Source: Eledone cirrhosa
Taxonomy: Eukaryota
Reading direction: 5' to 3'
Length of the DNA stretch: 64,000 nt
Assembly (NCBI GenBank): GCA_964016885.1
Contig: OZ024749.1
Location: 26,040,001 to 26,104,000 of the forward strand
Below are positions 31,448 through 43,540 of this stretch, in pieces. The number at the start of each line of letters is the position of its first letter. Position 1 is the first letter of the stretch. Position numbers and translations under genes: made by a program. The notes below the pieces were generated by a model. That model ran no database searches and was not told the DNA's origin. It worked only from the letters and a program-made list of their open reading frames with translations.

Positions 31448-32089
31448 TGTGTGTTTATGTGTTTTTGTTGTTATTGTACTTGTTGTTATTGTACTTATAT
31501 TTACCTTAGGTCTGTATTGTGTGTTTGGGTATGGTTGTTATTGTTATTCCATTGGTTTTTTTCTGTTTAACTTTGGTTTTCTAAGCTCTATTTCACTCGG
31601 TTCTCTGATTTGCTTGCCTGTTGAGTCATTTCTATGCTTAGATATTATTTTAATTTCTATGTTGGCTATATTACTATCATGTCTTTGACTGGCGTGTTCA
31701 TATAGTACTGAACCATCTTTTTGTCCTTTTAGTTCCCCGCAGTATTGATCTCTTCTCTCTCATATGCTTCCAGCTGTTTCACCTATGTATTTCATTATCA
31801 TGTTTTTACCTTTAAGATCTGCGGTCATGTACCTCACAATCTACAAGATCATTATTTATCATCAGATTTCTTTATAAATTAGAAATACATTATTTTTTAT
31901 TTTGTTTTGTTGTTTTGTTTCAATATCTAACAATTATCCCGAAGAAGAATAAAGAAAATTAAACTGGACAAAGCAAAACATAGATAAATAAATAAAAATA
32001 TATCGATTCTGAAATAAAAAATGACTGTTAAATTATATAGCTAATTTAATCAATGTAAAACTAAATGAAGAGAAACGGAGACATATTGA

Positions 32090-32443
32090 GTGAGAGAGAG
32101 AGAGAGAGAGAGAGACTGAGAGACAAATTGAGTTTCTGTGTCTCTCTCTGTTCATCTCTCTCACTCATAGTTTCTGTGTGTCACTCTTTCTCTGTATATC
32201 TCTCTATCTCTCGCTCGCTCACAGTCTCTATCTCTCTCTCTCTCGCTCATAGTCTCTATCTCTCTATCGCTCACTCATAGTCTCTCTCTCTTTCTCACCC
32301 TCTCTCTCGCTCAAAGATTCTGTGTCTCTCTTCATGATCCTACTCTCTCACTCACCACACACTCTCTCTAAACGTCTCTGTCTTTCTCTATATATATATT
32401 CATATAGTCAACTGTACAAATTTACAGACATCACACCTCTCTC

Positions 32444-32501
<58 letters not shown>

Positions 32502-32823
32502 CCATAACTCTCCCTCTCTCTCATTCTGCTTCAATTCCTCTCTTCTATAACTAACTCTCTCTCTCCCTCTCTCTCTCGCTCCCCCCCCCCTCTCTATCTC
32601 CCTCTCTCTCCCATAACTCTCTCTCACTCTGCTTCAATTCCTCTTCTCTATAACTAACTCTCTCTCACTCTCTCACACTCTCTCTCTCTCTCCCATAACT
32701 CTCCCTCTCTCTAAATCTCTAAATCTGTTAATTTCTTTCTCTGTGTCTGTATATCTCTAAACATGACTCTTTCTCACTCTCTACCTCACTCATTTTCTTT
32801 TTCTACACATCTGTCTGTTTACA

Positions 32824-32855
<32 letters not shown>

Positions 32856-33450
32856 ATTCCTTACATCTCTCTCTATCTACACCACTCTCTTATTCTCTAC
32901 ATTTCTCTCTGCCTACACCCCTCTCTCATTCCCTACATCTCTCTCTATCTACACCACTCTCTTATTCTCTACATTTCTCTCTGCCTACACCCCTCTCTCA
33001 TTCCCTACATCTCTCTCTATCTACACCACTCTCTTATTCTCTACATCTCTGTCTACACCCTCTCGCATTCTCTACATCTCTCTGTCTACACCCCTCTCTC
33101 ATTCCCTACATCTCTCTCTATCTACACCACTCTCTTATTCTCTACATCTCTGTCTACACCCTCTCGCATTCTCTACATCTCTCTGTCTACACCCTCTCGC
33201 ATTCTCTACATCTCTCTGTCTACGCCCCTCTCTCATTCCCTACCACTATCTCTATCTACACCATTCTCTTATTCTCTACATCTCTGTCTACACCCTCTCG
33301 CATTCTCTACATCTCTCTCTATCTACACCCCCTCTCTCATTCTCTACATCTCTCTCTATCTACACCCCTCTCTCATTCTCTACACCCCCTCTCTCTCTCT
33401 CTCTCTCTCTCGTTCTCTCTTCCTTATCAACTACCTCTCTATCTCTGTAT
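32090..33450. repeat. CT-rich low-complexity region including an approximately 72-bp tandem repeat at 32860-33390
   Basis: tacatctctctctatctacaccactctcttattctc recurs at 32862, 32934 and 33006. Confidence 0.85.
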
Positions 33451-33814
33451 ATCACTCTCACTTAACCTCATTCTTCATTCCCCATTCACATTGCCCTCTC
33501 CAGTTCAAGTTTTAAAAAACCCAAAAAATAAAGCATAAAACGAAACCGGAACAGCAAAGATACAGTCATCACGTACAGTTCTCTCTATATTCACAATTAG
33601 CCTCACAGTGTCAATGGCGGCTGTAGAAATTGCTGTCCGACCAACTGTTATTAGCCATTTTCCTTGCATTAAAATTAAGTTAAATGGAGTTTACGACTTC
33701 TGCGATGATTAAGTGGCTGGGCTATCAATCGATTGGTGAGATGGGGTGGTCGGGGAGTTAGTGTGTCGGTTGGTCGATCGATGTTAAGGTGGCGTATTGG
33801 TGGATCAGTAGAAT

Positions 33815-34252
33815 TTGCTGGCTTGTTGGTTGGAGTGTTGGTTGGAGAGTTGGTTGGAGAGGTTTTTGGAGAGTTGGCTGGTTGGTTGGAGAGTTGGTTG
33901 GAGAGTTGGTTGGCAGGTTGGTTGACTGGAAAGTTGGCTGGTTGTGTGGTTGGAGAGTTGGCTGGGGGGGGGGGTGGAGAGTTGGTTGGAGAGTTGGTTG
34001 GCAGGTTGGTTGACTGGAAAGTTGGCTGGTTGTGTGGTTCGAGAGTTGGCTGGGGAGGTGGTTGGAGAGTTGGTTGGAGAGTTGGTTGGCAGGTTGGTTG
34101 GCTGGAAAGTTCGCTGGCTGGTTGGTTGGAGAGTTGGTTGGCAGGTTGGTTGGAGAGGTGGCTGGAGAGTTGGCTGGCTGGTTGGAGAGTTGGTTGGCAG
34201 GTTAGTTGGAGAGGTGGCTGGAGAGTTGGCTGGTTGGTTGGAGAGGGTGGTT
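33815..34252. repeat. G-rich (GAGAGTTGGTTG)-type tandem repeat
   Basis: Direct reading. Confidence 0.85.
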
Positions 34253-34720
34253 GTTCTATGCTGAGCAAGTTTAACATACATTTTATTATAATTAATATTA
34301 TTTGCCCACGCACAGAGAATGAGAGAGATAGGGGGTATAGGGAGGGAGACAGAGAGAGAGAGAGACAGAGAGAGAGAGAGGGGGTGAGGGAGAGAGAGAC
34401 AGAGAGATGCGGGGACAAGCTCACACGCACATATATAGATAATGCAGACATATATACATGCATACGTACATACATATAAATGTACGTGAGAGAGACAAAC
34501 ATACATACGTACATACAAAGATACATGTACATACATACATATATATACGTAGAGAGATCGATTGATAAGTAGATAGATAGACAGACAGATAGAAACATAG
34601 AAGAAATATAGATAATGGGAAAATGTAGTTAATGTTATTGATTGAAAATCAATGAAATACTAGAATTGTAATTATGGTTTCTTGAGACAATATATGTGTG
34701 CATGCATGTATATGTACATA

Positions 34721-34796
<76 letters not shown>

Positions 34797-34799
<3 letters not shown>

Positions 34800-34920
34800 C
34801 GAAGGAAGAGTGGTAAGGAACCAGATGGACCATAACGCACCAGAGTACTCAATACTTAGGTGCCCAGAAATAGCCGAAACGGCTTGAGCTCTGCCGTCGG
34901 GGTCAAACATTTTCCTATAT
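34797..34920 (+). repeat. Structured dispersed repeat family; related copies at 35771-35870, 49655-49830 and 49850-50055
   Basis: Shared ccagatggaccataacgca and gaaacggcttgagctctgccgtcggggtc segments. Confidence 0.8.
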
Positions 34921-34930
34921 ATATATATAG

Positions 34931-35205
34931 ACTGCTAAATCAACTTTTCAAATACAAGTCGATGTTGAACGGTATGTCAAATCTATTTATCTATAAAACT
35001 GTCTATATTGTATTTTGTCTGAGGATGGCATAGCATATTGTTAATGATATCCCTGAAATATATATAATGAAATAAATATGGTTTTATAAATATAGTTTCC
35101 ATTTATTTAATATCGTAAATATACTCCAAATACTTGTTGAGTGCTTTTATATCAGTTATAAATATTTACTAGTTGTAACCCAACAATTTAAATATAACTT
35201 TCCAC
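34931..35205 (+). mobile_element. Solo PLE terminal repeat (pLTR), family A
   Basis: Homologous to 30361-30552. Its last ~105 bp are the reverse complement of 27975-28080. Confidence 0.75.
35011..35074 (+). ncRNA. Minimal type I hammerhead ribozyme, family A copy 2
   Basis: tattttgt CTGAGGA tggcatagcat...atgatatccct GAAA tatata TA atgaaata. Confidence 0.65.
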
Positions 35206-35219
35206 ATATATATATATAT

Positions 35220-35541
35220 AAAAATAATGAATAAAACAATGAAACAGTTCCTTATATTAAACAAAAAAAGTTCATTATTTAACGATCGTTTCTAGGATAC
35301 ATATGTGTTAGAATTGGCATGCATATTCAACAGATCTATGTACAAAATTATACAAAATTATACAAACTATCAAAATTAAATATACATACCAAACATTTTG
35401 TACATAGATCTATTTTGTACATAGATCTGTTGAATATACATGCCAATTCTAACACATATGTATCCTAGAAACGATCGTTAAATAATGAACTTTTTTTGTT
35501 TAATATAAGGAACTGTTTCATTGTTTTATTCATTATTTTTT
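35220..35541. repeat. Near-perfect inverted repeat, arms about 128 bp, spacer about 63 bp
   Basis: aaaataatgaataaaac...cagatctatgtacaaaat versus attttgtacatagatctg...gttttattcattatttt. Confidence 0.9.
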
Positions 35542-36027
35542 TTAAATTTTATCTTGACTCTGTATTCCGTTTATCTTTCACCGAAAGTGATTTTTCATTG
35601 CATCTCTTCTTTCCATGATATCCGGATTACATTGAGTTCTTCATACGGATTGGACACTACCGTAAACTCTTGGTAGATTTATCTACATATATATATATAT
35701 ATATATATATGTTTATATGAACTCGCACGTATATATTTACAAACACACACATATATATATATATATATAGCAAAGACGGTCTGATAAGATACCAGATGGA
35801 CCATAACGCATGGATCTAGCTGCCGAAACGGCCGGAGATCAGCCGTCGGGATCCTGACTGTTTTCCTATATATATATTGAGTATATGCTGGTTGTTTACC
35901 GACACCTCAGTATGCAGATTGGAGCACTCGACGAGGTACGCAAGTTGGTTTGTTTACTCCGGAGTAATGTAAAATAATTAAATCAAATATGTAAAATTTG
36001 ACTTCGTTTATTATAAATTATAGATAT

Positions 36028-36082
36028 ACTGCTATATATATTTCGGTGGCAGCCATCATTGGCTGTGATCTCTTCAGGCAGT
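36028..36082 (-). ncRNA. Minimal type I hammerhead ribozyme, family B
   Basis: Minus strand: actgc CTGAAGA gatcacagcca-atga-tggctgccacc GAAA tatata TA gcagt. Lies in a repeat (35975-36200) shared with 62575-62792. Confidence 0.8.
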
Positions 36083-36550
36083 CCGAATTGGTGTGGAAGA
36101 GACGGGTACACATGTTGTTGAAGTGTGTTTTACTCCGTCAATACATCGATATGTCCAGCTCCTGGTTGTGTTGTTATTCCTCTGAGGAACTGGAATAATA
36201 TGTGGCATAAACTTGACATTTTAACGCTCCAAGGACTTAGATTCTTTTCAGTATATGCTGCAGCGAAATTAAAACGAAAAGGCCATGCTCGCGTAACACA
36301 CCTGCAAGTGATGTCTGTGCTTGAAGCTTTATTAAGTTAAGAAAGGTCTTGCACTGGCCCAATGACACTCTCGTCAGAGTTTTCCTCCTCGTAGAATGAT
36401 GTCCTAACAAGAACCAGGGGTCTCTCACTCATTTATTTATTTATTTATCTATTTAATCGAGTTAACCTTCTGTAAAGAACTGGATAGCCTTGACAGTGTG
36501 GGAAAATATTTAATACCCTTATAATTCTTCTTCTTCTTCTTATTATTATT

Positions 36551-36800
36551 AAAGTACCAGTAATGCACTGAGTAATTGCTGGCCTTGTGCTTAAAGTAAA
36601 AACAATTATTATTATTCGCATTGAATTCGCGGTGAATTCGCAGTATCGGTGGAGGGTCGGACATGCTCGCCAGCATAGTTACGTCCCTTTACGTTCTGAG
36701 TTCAAATCCCGCCGAGGTTAACTTTGCCTTTCATCCTTACGAGGTCGATAAAATAAAGTACCAGTGATTGATGGCCTTGTGCCAAAAGTAGAAACAATAA
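36551..36800 (+). mobile_element. SINE (3' tail fragment followed by a near-complete copy)
   Basis: B-box-like gagttcaaatccc followed by gccgaggttaactttgcctttcatcc...gtcgataaaataaagtaccagt. Several related copies in the window. Confidence 0.8.
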
Positions 36801-36804
36801 TTCT

Positions 36805-37030
36805 TCGCATTCTTCGCCTACATATTACTGAGAGGGTTATGGGACAGAGTCCTCAACGACGCCTTCTAGCAGGTCCTATCAGAAGCAATCTTCTCCAATT
36901 GATCTGGTTTAATCCCTGAGCAAGACCAGTCGAGCACAGGGATGTTATCGAACCATCTTGTTCTGGGTCTACACGTGGGTGTCGTGTCTGTTGGTTTTGC
37001 CTGTAAAATCTCTCCAGCGATTCTTTTATT
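36805..37030 (-). pseudogene. RTE-type LINE C-terminal fragment
   Basis: RIAGEILQAKP...CRPRTRWFDNI...LEKIASDR resembles the GRPRxRWxD motif at the RTE ORF end. Confidence 0.6.
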
Positions 37031-37084
37031 AAAAGGGGATATAAATATAAGGAAAACCGTGAAAAACAAGAAATTATTGGTTAA

Positions 37085-37586
37085 CAGATATACTTGGTAG
37101 AGAGATATAGAGAGAGCAATAGAGTGAGAGAGAGAGAGAGACAGGTAAGTAGATAGAGACTAAGAGAGAGAGAGGGGGATAGTTGGATGGATATAAATAG
37201 ATAGACAGATATAGAGAGCGAGAGAGAGAGAGACAGATAAGTAGATAGAGACTAAGAGAGAAAGAGGAGGATAGTTGGATGGATATAAATATATAGATAG
37301 ATATAGAGAGCGAGAGAGAGACAGATAGAGACAGATAAGTAGATAGACTAAGAGAGAGAGAGGGGGGGGGATAGTTGGATGTATATAAATAGATAGATAG
37401 ATATAGAGAGCGAGAGAGAGAGACAGAGAGAGACATTTAAGTAGATAGACTAAGAGAGAGAGAGGGGATAGTTGGATGGATATAAATAGATAGACAGATA
37501 TAGAGAGCGAGAGAGAGAGAGACAGAGAAGTAGATAGAGACTAAGAGAGAGAGAGGGGGGATAGTTGGATGGATATAAATAGATAG
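37085..37586. repeat. About 95-bp GA/GATA-rich minisatellite
   Basis: gatagttggat recurs at about 37178, 37270, 37370, 37467 and 37560. Confidence 0.85.
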
Positions 37587-37820
37587 ATTTCTATTTATTT
37601 GCCACTAGGGCACAAGAGAAAGGGACAAATACACAGTGGGGGAGTTTACATAAATGCGAGTAAAGAAAAAGGCATAACAATGAGAATAACATAATAATAA
37701 AAAGTCCTCAAAAGGGAGGGGGCGTGTTGGGGATTGCACATACCCCCCAAAAGTGTGCAACTCTTTTCGCGGGGGAAGCCCAGAGAGGAGGCGCTCCCCC
37801 TTTCCTCTTCACTTCTTCAC

Positions 37821-40800
37821 CTACAGAACAATGTAGAGAGAAGGCCCATTTACACGGGCCATTCTCGCTTCTTTCACCCACCTTTCATAAAACTGTCTGG
37901 GACCAAGCACTTCTCTCTCCATCCTGATTCTTCTTCCGAAGTGGTATCGGAAGAAGTAAACCAGGTGATGGCCGGAGAGAAAGTCACCCGACCTCAGACC
38001 TTTCAGGCGCGTCCAACACACAACCTCTTTCCTCATGGCTATTACGCACAGAAAGACCGCCTCTGCTTCATTTCTGAAGGGAGGAGGCGGCTTGATGTTC
38101 ACCACAGACTCGGCGGTCAATCGAATCGGCGCCACACGCGACAGCAGTCGTTCGACGTAGCCCCACAGATCGGCAACGCCCGGGCAGTGTACCAGTGCAT
38201 GCGCAACGGTTTCCTCGTCGCGCACGCATCTAGGACAGATCTTTTTCGCGGGATCCCTGCACGGGCCCCCGTGTCTGTAGAGCTTTTCTCGAACGGGCAG
38301 AGCCCCCCGGTAACACTGCCAGGCTAGGGACCTCTGGAAGTTGTCCATGGGTCCCGGGCCGAAAGTTCTACCGAACAGGCTGGCGAGTTCGTCCTCCTCC
38401 ATGCCTAGCGACTCTCCAAGGGTGTTGTGGCCCCTGCTAGCGACCAGCCCTCTATAGAATGTCGAGGTGGATTCTCCACTGACAGTCGGGTCCGCTTGAC
38501 AGAGAGCCGTGAGCGCCTGGGCACACTCGGTGTGCCAGTTGCCCAGTTTTCTCGGTCTTTGCTTCACCCAGGATTGCAGCTCGGTGAGCGAGACGAGCTG
38601 TGGGAAGGCTCGCCTCACAAACGGGGCCCACACCGGCTGACCGATGAGGAATACCTGTAGATGCCGTAGCCTCAATGCGTGCCTACGCATCAACAGCCAC
38701 GGCATACCCAGCCCTCCTTTCGAAGGGTGCTGGCAGCAGATGGATCTCCTCACCATGGGAGGCCGCTTCTTCCAGAGGAACTGGAAGAGCATGCGTTCCA
38801 TGATGGTGAGCTTTTCCTTGGGGCAAGGCACGACGGTCAGGCAGTAGTAGATGACGGACGCTATGTAAGCGTTCGTCACCTCCTCCCGACCTTTCAGTGA
38901 TAGTTTGCACTTGGCCCACTTCTGGGTCAGCGCAAACACCCTGCTCGTCACCTCACCCCAATTCTTCTCCACCTGTAGGTCCGGTCGGAACCAGACCCCG
39001 AGCAGCTTCACCGGGCCCTCCGTCCACCGCCCGACGACACCGTCTAACGGCATCGGTTTGCCCCTCCACGTTCCGAGTTGCAAACCGACTGACTTGTCCC
39101 GGTTCAGCCTAGCCCCCGTCAGCCTTTCGTATTCCTCCAGTAGGATGGCGATCGCCCCGATTTCCGAGGCGTCCGCCACCATTACTGTTACGTCGTCGGC
39201 ATAGGCCGAGACCGCTTTGTGCAATCCCGGTTCCAGGGGTATGCCCCGCAGCAACTCCAACTTCCGCAGCAGTGGCTCGGGAGTCAATACGTACAGAAGG
39301 GAGGAGAGGGGCACCCCTGTCTGATGGACCGGGTGATTTGAAACGGCTCCGAGAGGTAGCCGTTTACTTTAATCCTAGAGTAGATGTTTCCACTGTGCAT
39401 GGCAGAAATCCAGCCCCTGAAAACGGGTCCGAAGCCCGCCGCCGCTAGCACCGCATCCAGGTAACCATGGTCGACCCTATCGAACCCCTTAGATTGATCC
39501 AAGTTGATCAGGGCCCCACCAAAGCCGGGTTCGTTGCCAACCCTCTCTAAGATGTATCGCATGAGGTGGAGGTTGTCGTGAATGGACCTGGACGGGATAG
39601 CGCATGTCTGCGCGTCTCCCACCAAACCACCCACCACAAGCGCCAACCTCTTCGCCAACACCTTGGCCAAAATCTGTAACTCTGCATTCAGCAGAGTTAT
39701 GGGCCTAAAGTTACTTAAGTCGTCCCCCTTGCTCTCGTCCTTCCTCACTAGCGTGACCACGCCCTTGGTCACAGAACAGGGAATTCTCCCGTTCTGTTGC
39801 CAGCAGAAATAGACAGCCTCGAGGAGTTCGGAGAACAAGACCGGCATAGCTAAATAAAGTTCGTATGGTAGACCATCGAGAGATTTGCGTCTGCTGCATT
39901 GGCTGAGCGCTTCCTCGATTTCAGTGGCTGAGATTGGCCTTTCGCAGCACTCCGCTTCGCCGCTCGAAAGACGCGGTAGACCGTCGAGGTATGGACCGAA
40001 TTCCACATCCCCGTCCGGCCCCCCACCCCCTCCGAACAGTCGAGCAAAGTGCCTTTGAAAGGCCTCGCACATTCGCTCAGGTTCAAGGATCACCCGTCCA
40101 TCCTGGTCTCGCAAAGACCGAATGGTGGATTTAATCCCACTCTTGGCTTCTGTCACGCGGGCCCAGCTAACAGCTTTGGTCCCCTCGTTTCCTAAAGCAC
40201 GTATTTTACTTCGGACAACGCAGCCTTCGGGCTTCGCGTCAAAGAACTGGCTCAACGCCGTTCTCGCCGCTAACACTCTGGCCACATCTCCGCTCCTAAT
40301 CGCCTCTTCTAGTTTATCTGTTAACTCCCTTTCCCTCCTATTTCTATTCGCCGCTAGTTCCTTACTGTAACCTATCGAACTTACTCTAATCTCTCTCTTT
40401 AGAGATACCAACCACCTGCTGTTGACGATCGCTCCCGTCAACCTCATTTTAACTAAGCTACTAATCCGGTTCCTGTAATCTTTCTTTGCCGGCAAGGACA
40501 AGTTCATCTTCCAGTAACCGGGACCCTGTCTATGCGTTCTATCAAGGTTGACCACGCAGGTCACTAATTTGTGATCTGAATAGCCAACCATGATCAATTC
40601 TGGACAACTAAATACGTCCCTATCCTTACTCCTAACCAAAAACCTATCTAGGTACGATCTAGATTGTCCACTGCGGTTTGCCCAGGTCCAGGTTGGCGCA
40701 GTTGGACAATCTAGAAATCTATCGACCAGGTTGAATCGATCGAGTAACCCTTTGAGGCTGCTACACCCCCCTCTATCGGGACATGCCCCTGCATAGTCCC

Positions 40801-41247
40801 AACGCGCATCTAGGATTCCATTCCAGTCCCCCACTAAAAGCAGGGAACGCGACTTTCCTAGAAAAGTCTCCAGACGCTGGAAGAAGTCGGCTCTTTCCGC
40901 CCCGAAGGGGGCATAAAGACCGACCAGTCTGAAAGCCCCGCCTTCACCGCCTCCGACGTCCAGCACCAGTAATCGACCCCCCCGGGTCCGAGTGAACAAT
41001 CTGTACGTCGAGAGTCAGACGTTTATCCAGCAGTACGGCAATTCTCTCCCCCCCCCCCGCCTCCGGGTTGACAGAGAGATGCGTGCATCTCAAAGTCATC
41101 GAAGACGGGAGCCAGCTGTCGCACGCTGCTGATCCGACTCTCGCAAACAACCATCACATCTATACTTCGTGACCTGAGGTCACTTAGAAGCTTTGCTTGC
41201 TTCCAAGCTGAGCCCAGGCCACGCGCGTTCAAACAGCCAATTCTCAA
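37821..41247 (-). pseudogene. Tx1 ORF2 (APE-RT), frameshifted
   Basis: Pieces 41023-41247, 39284-40999 and 37821-39314 match the 1145-aa ORF2 of copy B. Confidence 0.92.
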
Positions 41248-41455
41248 TTGATCTATTTTGCTGTTGAAAGTGAAGAAAGAAAAGCACCTACCTCTCCGGG
41301 TTGTGTAATTTCCATGACGTCAGGTGTGTTGGGTGGAGGGATGTTTTGTGGTGGTGTGGGGGTACCCGAGTGTGGTGGGGTTGGGGTATTTGGAGTTTTG
41401 TCAAGTAGAGGGGAGGTTATGGGGAAATCTTTCAAGAGGACGCGATTTAACGGTT

Positions 41456-43095
41456 TTAAACAGGGGGGCTCACGTCCTGTCTAAATTGTTCTTTTAAGGA
41501 ACGATAAAGGTCCAGAGGGACCTTTTTCATTTTTAAATGGGTGAAGTTCTCTGTTGAGATAAAGTTTGGCCCTTCGGTCTGCACCAAAGGGCTATTGTTT
41601 ATTAATTTAAACAGTTTTTTGTTTTCTTTATTTATATATGTGTATTGCAAAGTCTTTTTTTGTGATGCTGTCAATGTTTCGGAGAGGGGAGGCGCAGATT
41701 TATTTTTGTTTGTTGAGGGTGGGGTGTTTTTGATTGGAGTTGGTGTTTGTGTGTGGGTTATTTGTGGTGTGCTGGGTGTGTGCTTTCTTTTTTTTCTTTT
41801 AACTTGTCTGAAGGCTTCTCCTCCTTCTTCTTCAGAAGTTGGGGGAAACTCTTCAGCGCTAGGTAGGAGGGACGTGGTGTCTGGTTGTTGTTTTTTTGCG
41901 GGAGGGGTAGATTTGTTGCTGTTTTTTTATTATTTGTTTGGAATGCATTTTGTGGTGGTGGTGGTGATGTTTGTGTCGTGCTTGTGGTTGGTGATGGTGG
42001 TGGTGATGTTTGTGTTGTGGTTGGTGATGGTGGTGGTGATTTTTGTGTCGTGCTTGTGTTTGGTGCTGGTGTCGGTGATGTTTGTGTTGTGCTTGTGGTT
42101 GGTGGTGTCTGTATTTTGTTTGCTGTGTGTGGTATTAGTGTATTTTTGGAGGTGGGTGGTGTTGGTGTACTGTTTGTGGTGGGTGTGGGCAATAGTCCTT
42201 TTTGGGGGATACGATTCGGGCAGTTAGCCTTAACGTGTCCTCTTTCCATGCATGAATAGCATGCTGATCTTCTCCCCTCTACAATTATATATATTTGGGT
42301 GAGGTCATCCAGCCAGATGCGATCCGGGATTTGCGCTATTCTTTCGGGCCTCATTTGGACTAGTAGGTTGAGGCCCATTCCCAGGAACGCATCTCCAGAT
42401 GCCTTCCCCATTGACAGCACTGTGTCCTCACCCATGTCTATGAAGCCAGCAATAGCCCACCAGAAGTCCATTGCGGGCAGCATTGTCTGTATTTTGACTC
42501 TCTGAGTTCTTCTACCCATGTAGGAGGGATAGAAACTGTATGCTGTTGATGAGAGTGGGCTTAGGGAAAGCCTCTGTGCAGTTTCCTTGTCTTTTGTTAA
42601 AACAGAAATGCTGCCATAGAGTCGGTCCTTTCGTATGAAGAGAATATTCTTCATATAGTCTTTTAGGACCAACTCTATCTCCATTTGGCTGGGCTGTGCT
42701 GGCTTTCTCGTGTGGTTTAGAATTGTTCTAAACAGAACAGTGTTTTCTAGTCTCGTTTTCTTGAATTCTGGGGGGGGAATTAATGGAAAACATTCCGTTC
42801 TCCTCCAAGACTATGTACTTTTTTGCTTCTGCCAGTTTTTCTCTGGCGGCAGTCAAGTCAATAGGTGTATATATTATAGATTTTTTTTGTTGTCTGGGCG
42901 AAAGTTGCTTGTTGTTTTTTGTATTCTTATTTTCTGTTTGTTTGTTTTCCGTTTGCTCATTTTCCGTAACATTTGTTTTTTCATTTTCCTTGTTTGTTTC
43001 GTTGTCTAGTTTTGTTGTATCCATTTTTTGTTCTTCAAACTTGGGGGGGGGGGGCAGAGCTAATGGCAGACATGTCTGCCATCTTTCCCACCATG
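41456..43095 (-). pseudogene. Tx1 ORF1 (gag-like), frameshifted
   Basis: Pieces 42728-43102, 41758-42684 and 41456-41674; zinc knuckle CYSCMERGHVKANC. Confidence 0.88.
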
Positions 43096-43540
43096 CGTCC
43101 AAGAAAGAAGTTTTACAGAAAAATAGTTATTTATTTTACCCCCTAAAAAGGGGGTAAATGTAAAAATGTTTCCCTAAATAACAGGGGTAAGTGTTCCAAA
43201 TGTGTTGCACTGAAAAAATTCACTGGTACTTACTATAGTAAGGGTAAATTCCGATAGAATAGCAGAGCCGATGTGAAGCGTGTCTCACTCTATCAAGATA
43301 GATAGATAAATTTCTATTTATTTGCCACGAGGGCACAAAAGAAGGGGACATTTACACAGTGGGGGAGTTTACATAAATCGAGTAAAGAAAAAAGGAATAA
43401 CAATAATAATATAACAATAAAAAGTCCTCAAAAGGGAGGGGGCGTGTTGGGGATTGCACATACCCCCCAAAAGTGTGCAACTCTTTTCGCGGGGGAAGCC
43501 CAGAGAGGAGGCGCTCCCCCTTTCCTCTTCACTTCTTCAC

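Larger units (their letters stand above)
37587..43296 (-). mobile_element. Full-length Tx1/L1-clade non-LTR retrotransposon, copy A (frameshifted)
   Basis: Colinear with 43310-49018 from end to end. ORF1 and ORF2 are each broken into several frames. Confidence 0.95.

Noticed and set aside
31762-31866. Minus-strand CTGATGA and GAAA-cagctg as a hammerhead
   Set aside because: No convincing stem I or II, and no UH cleavage site.
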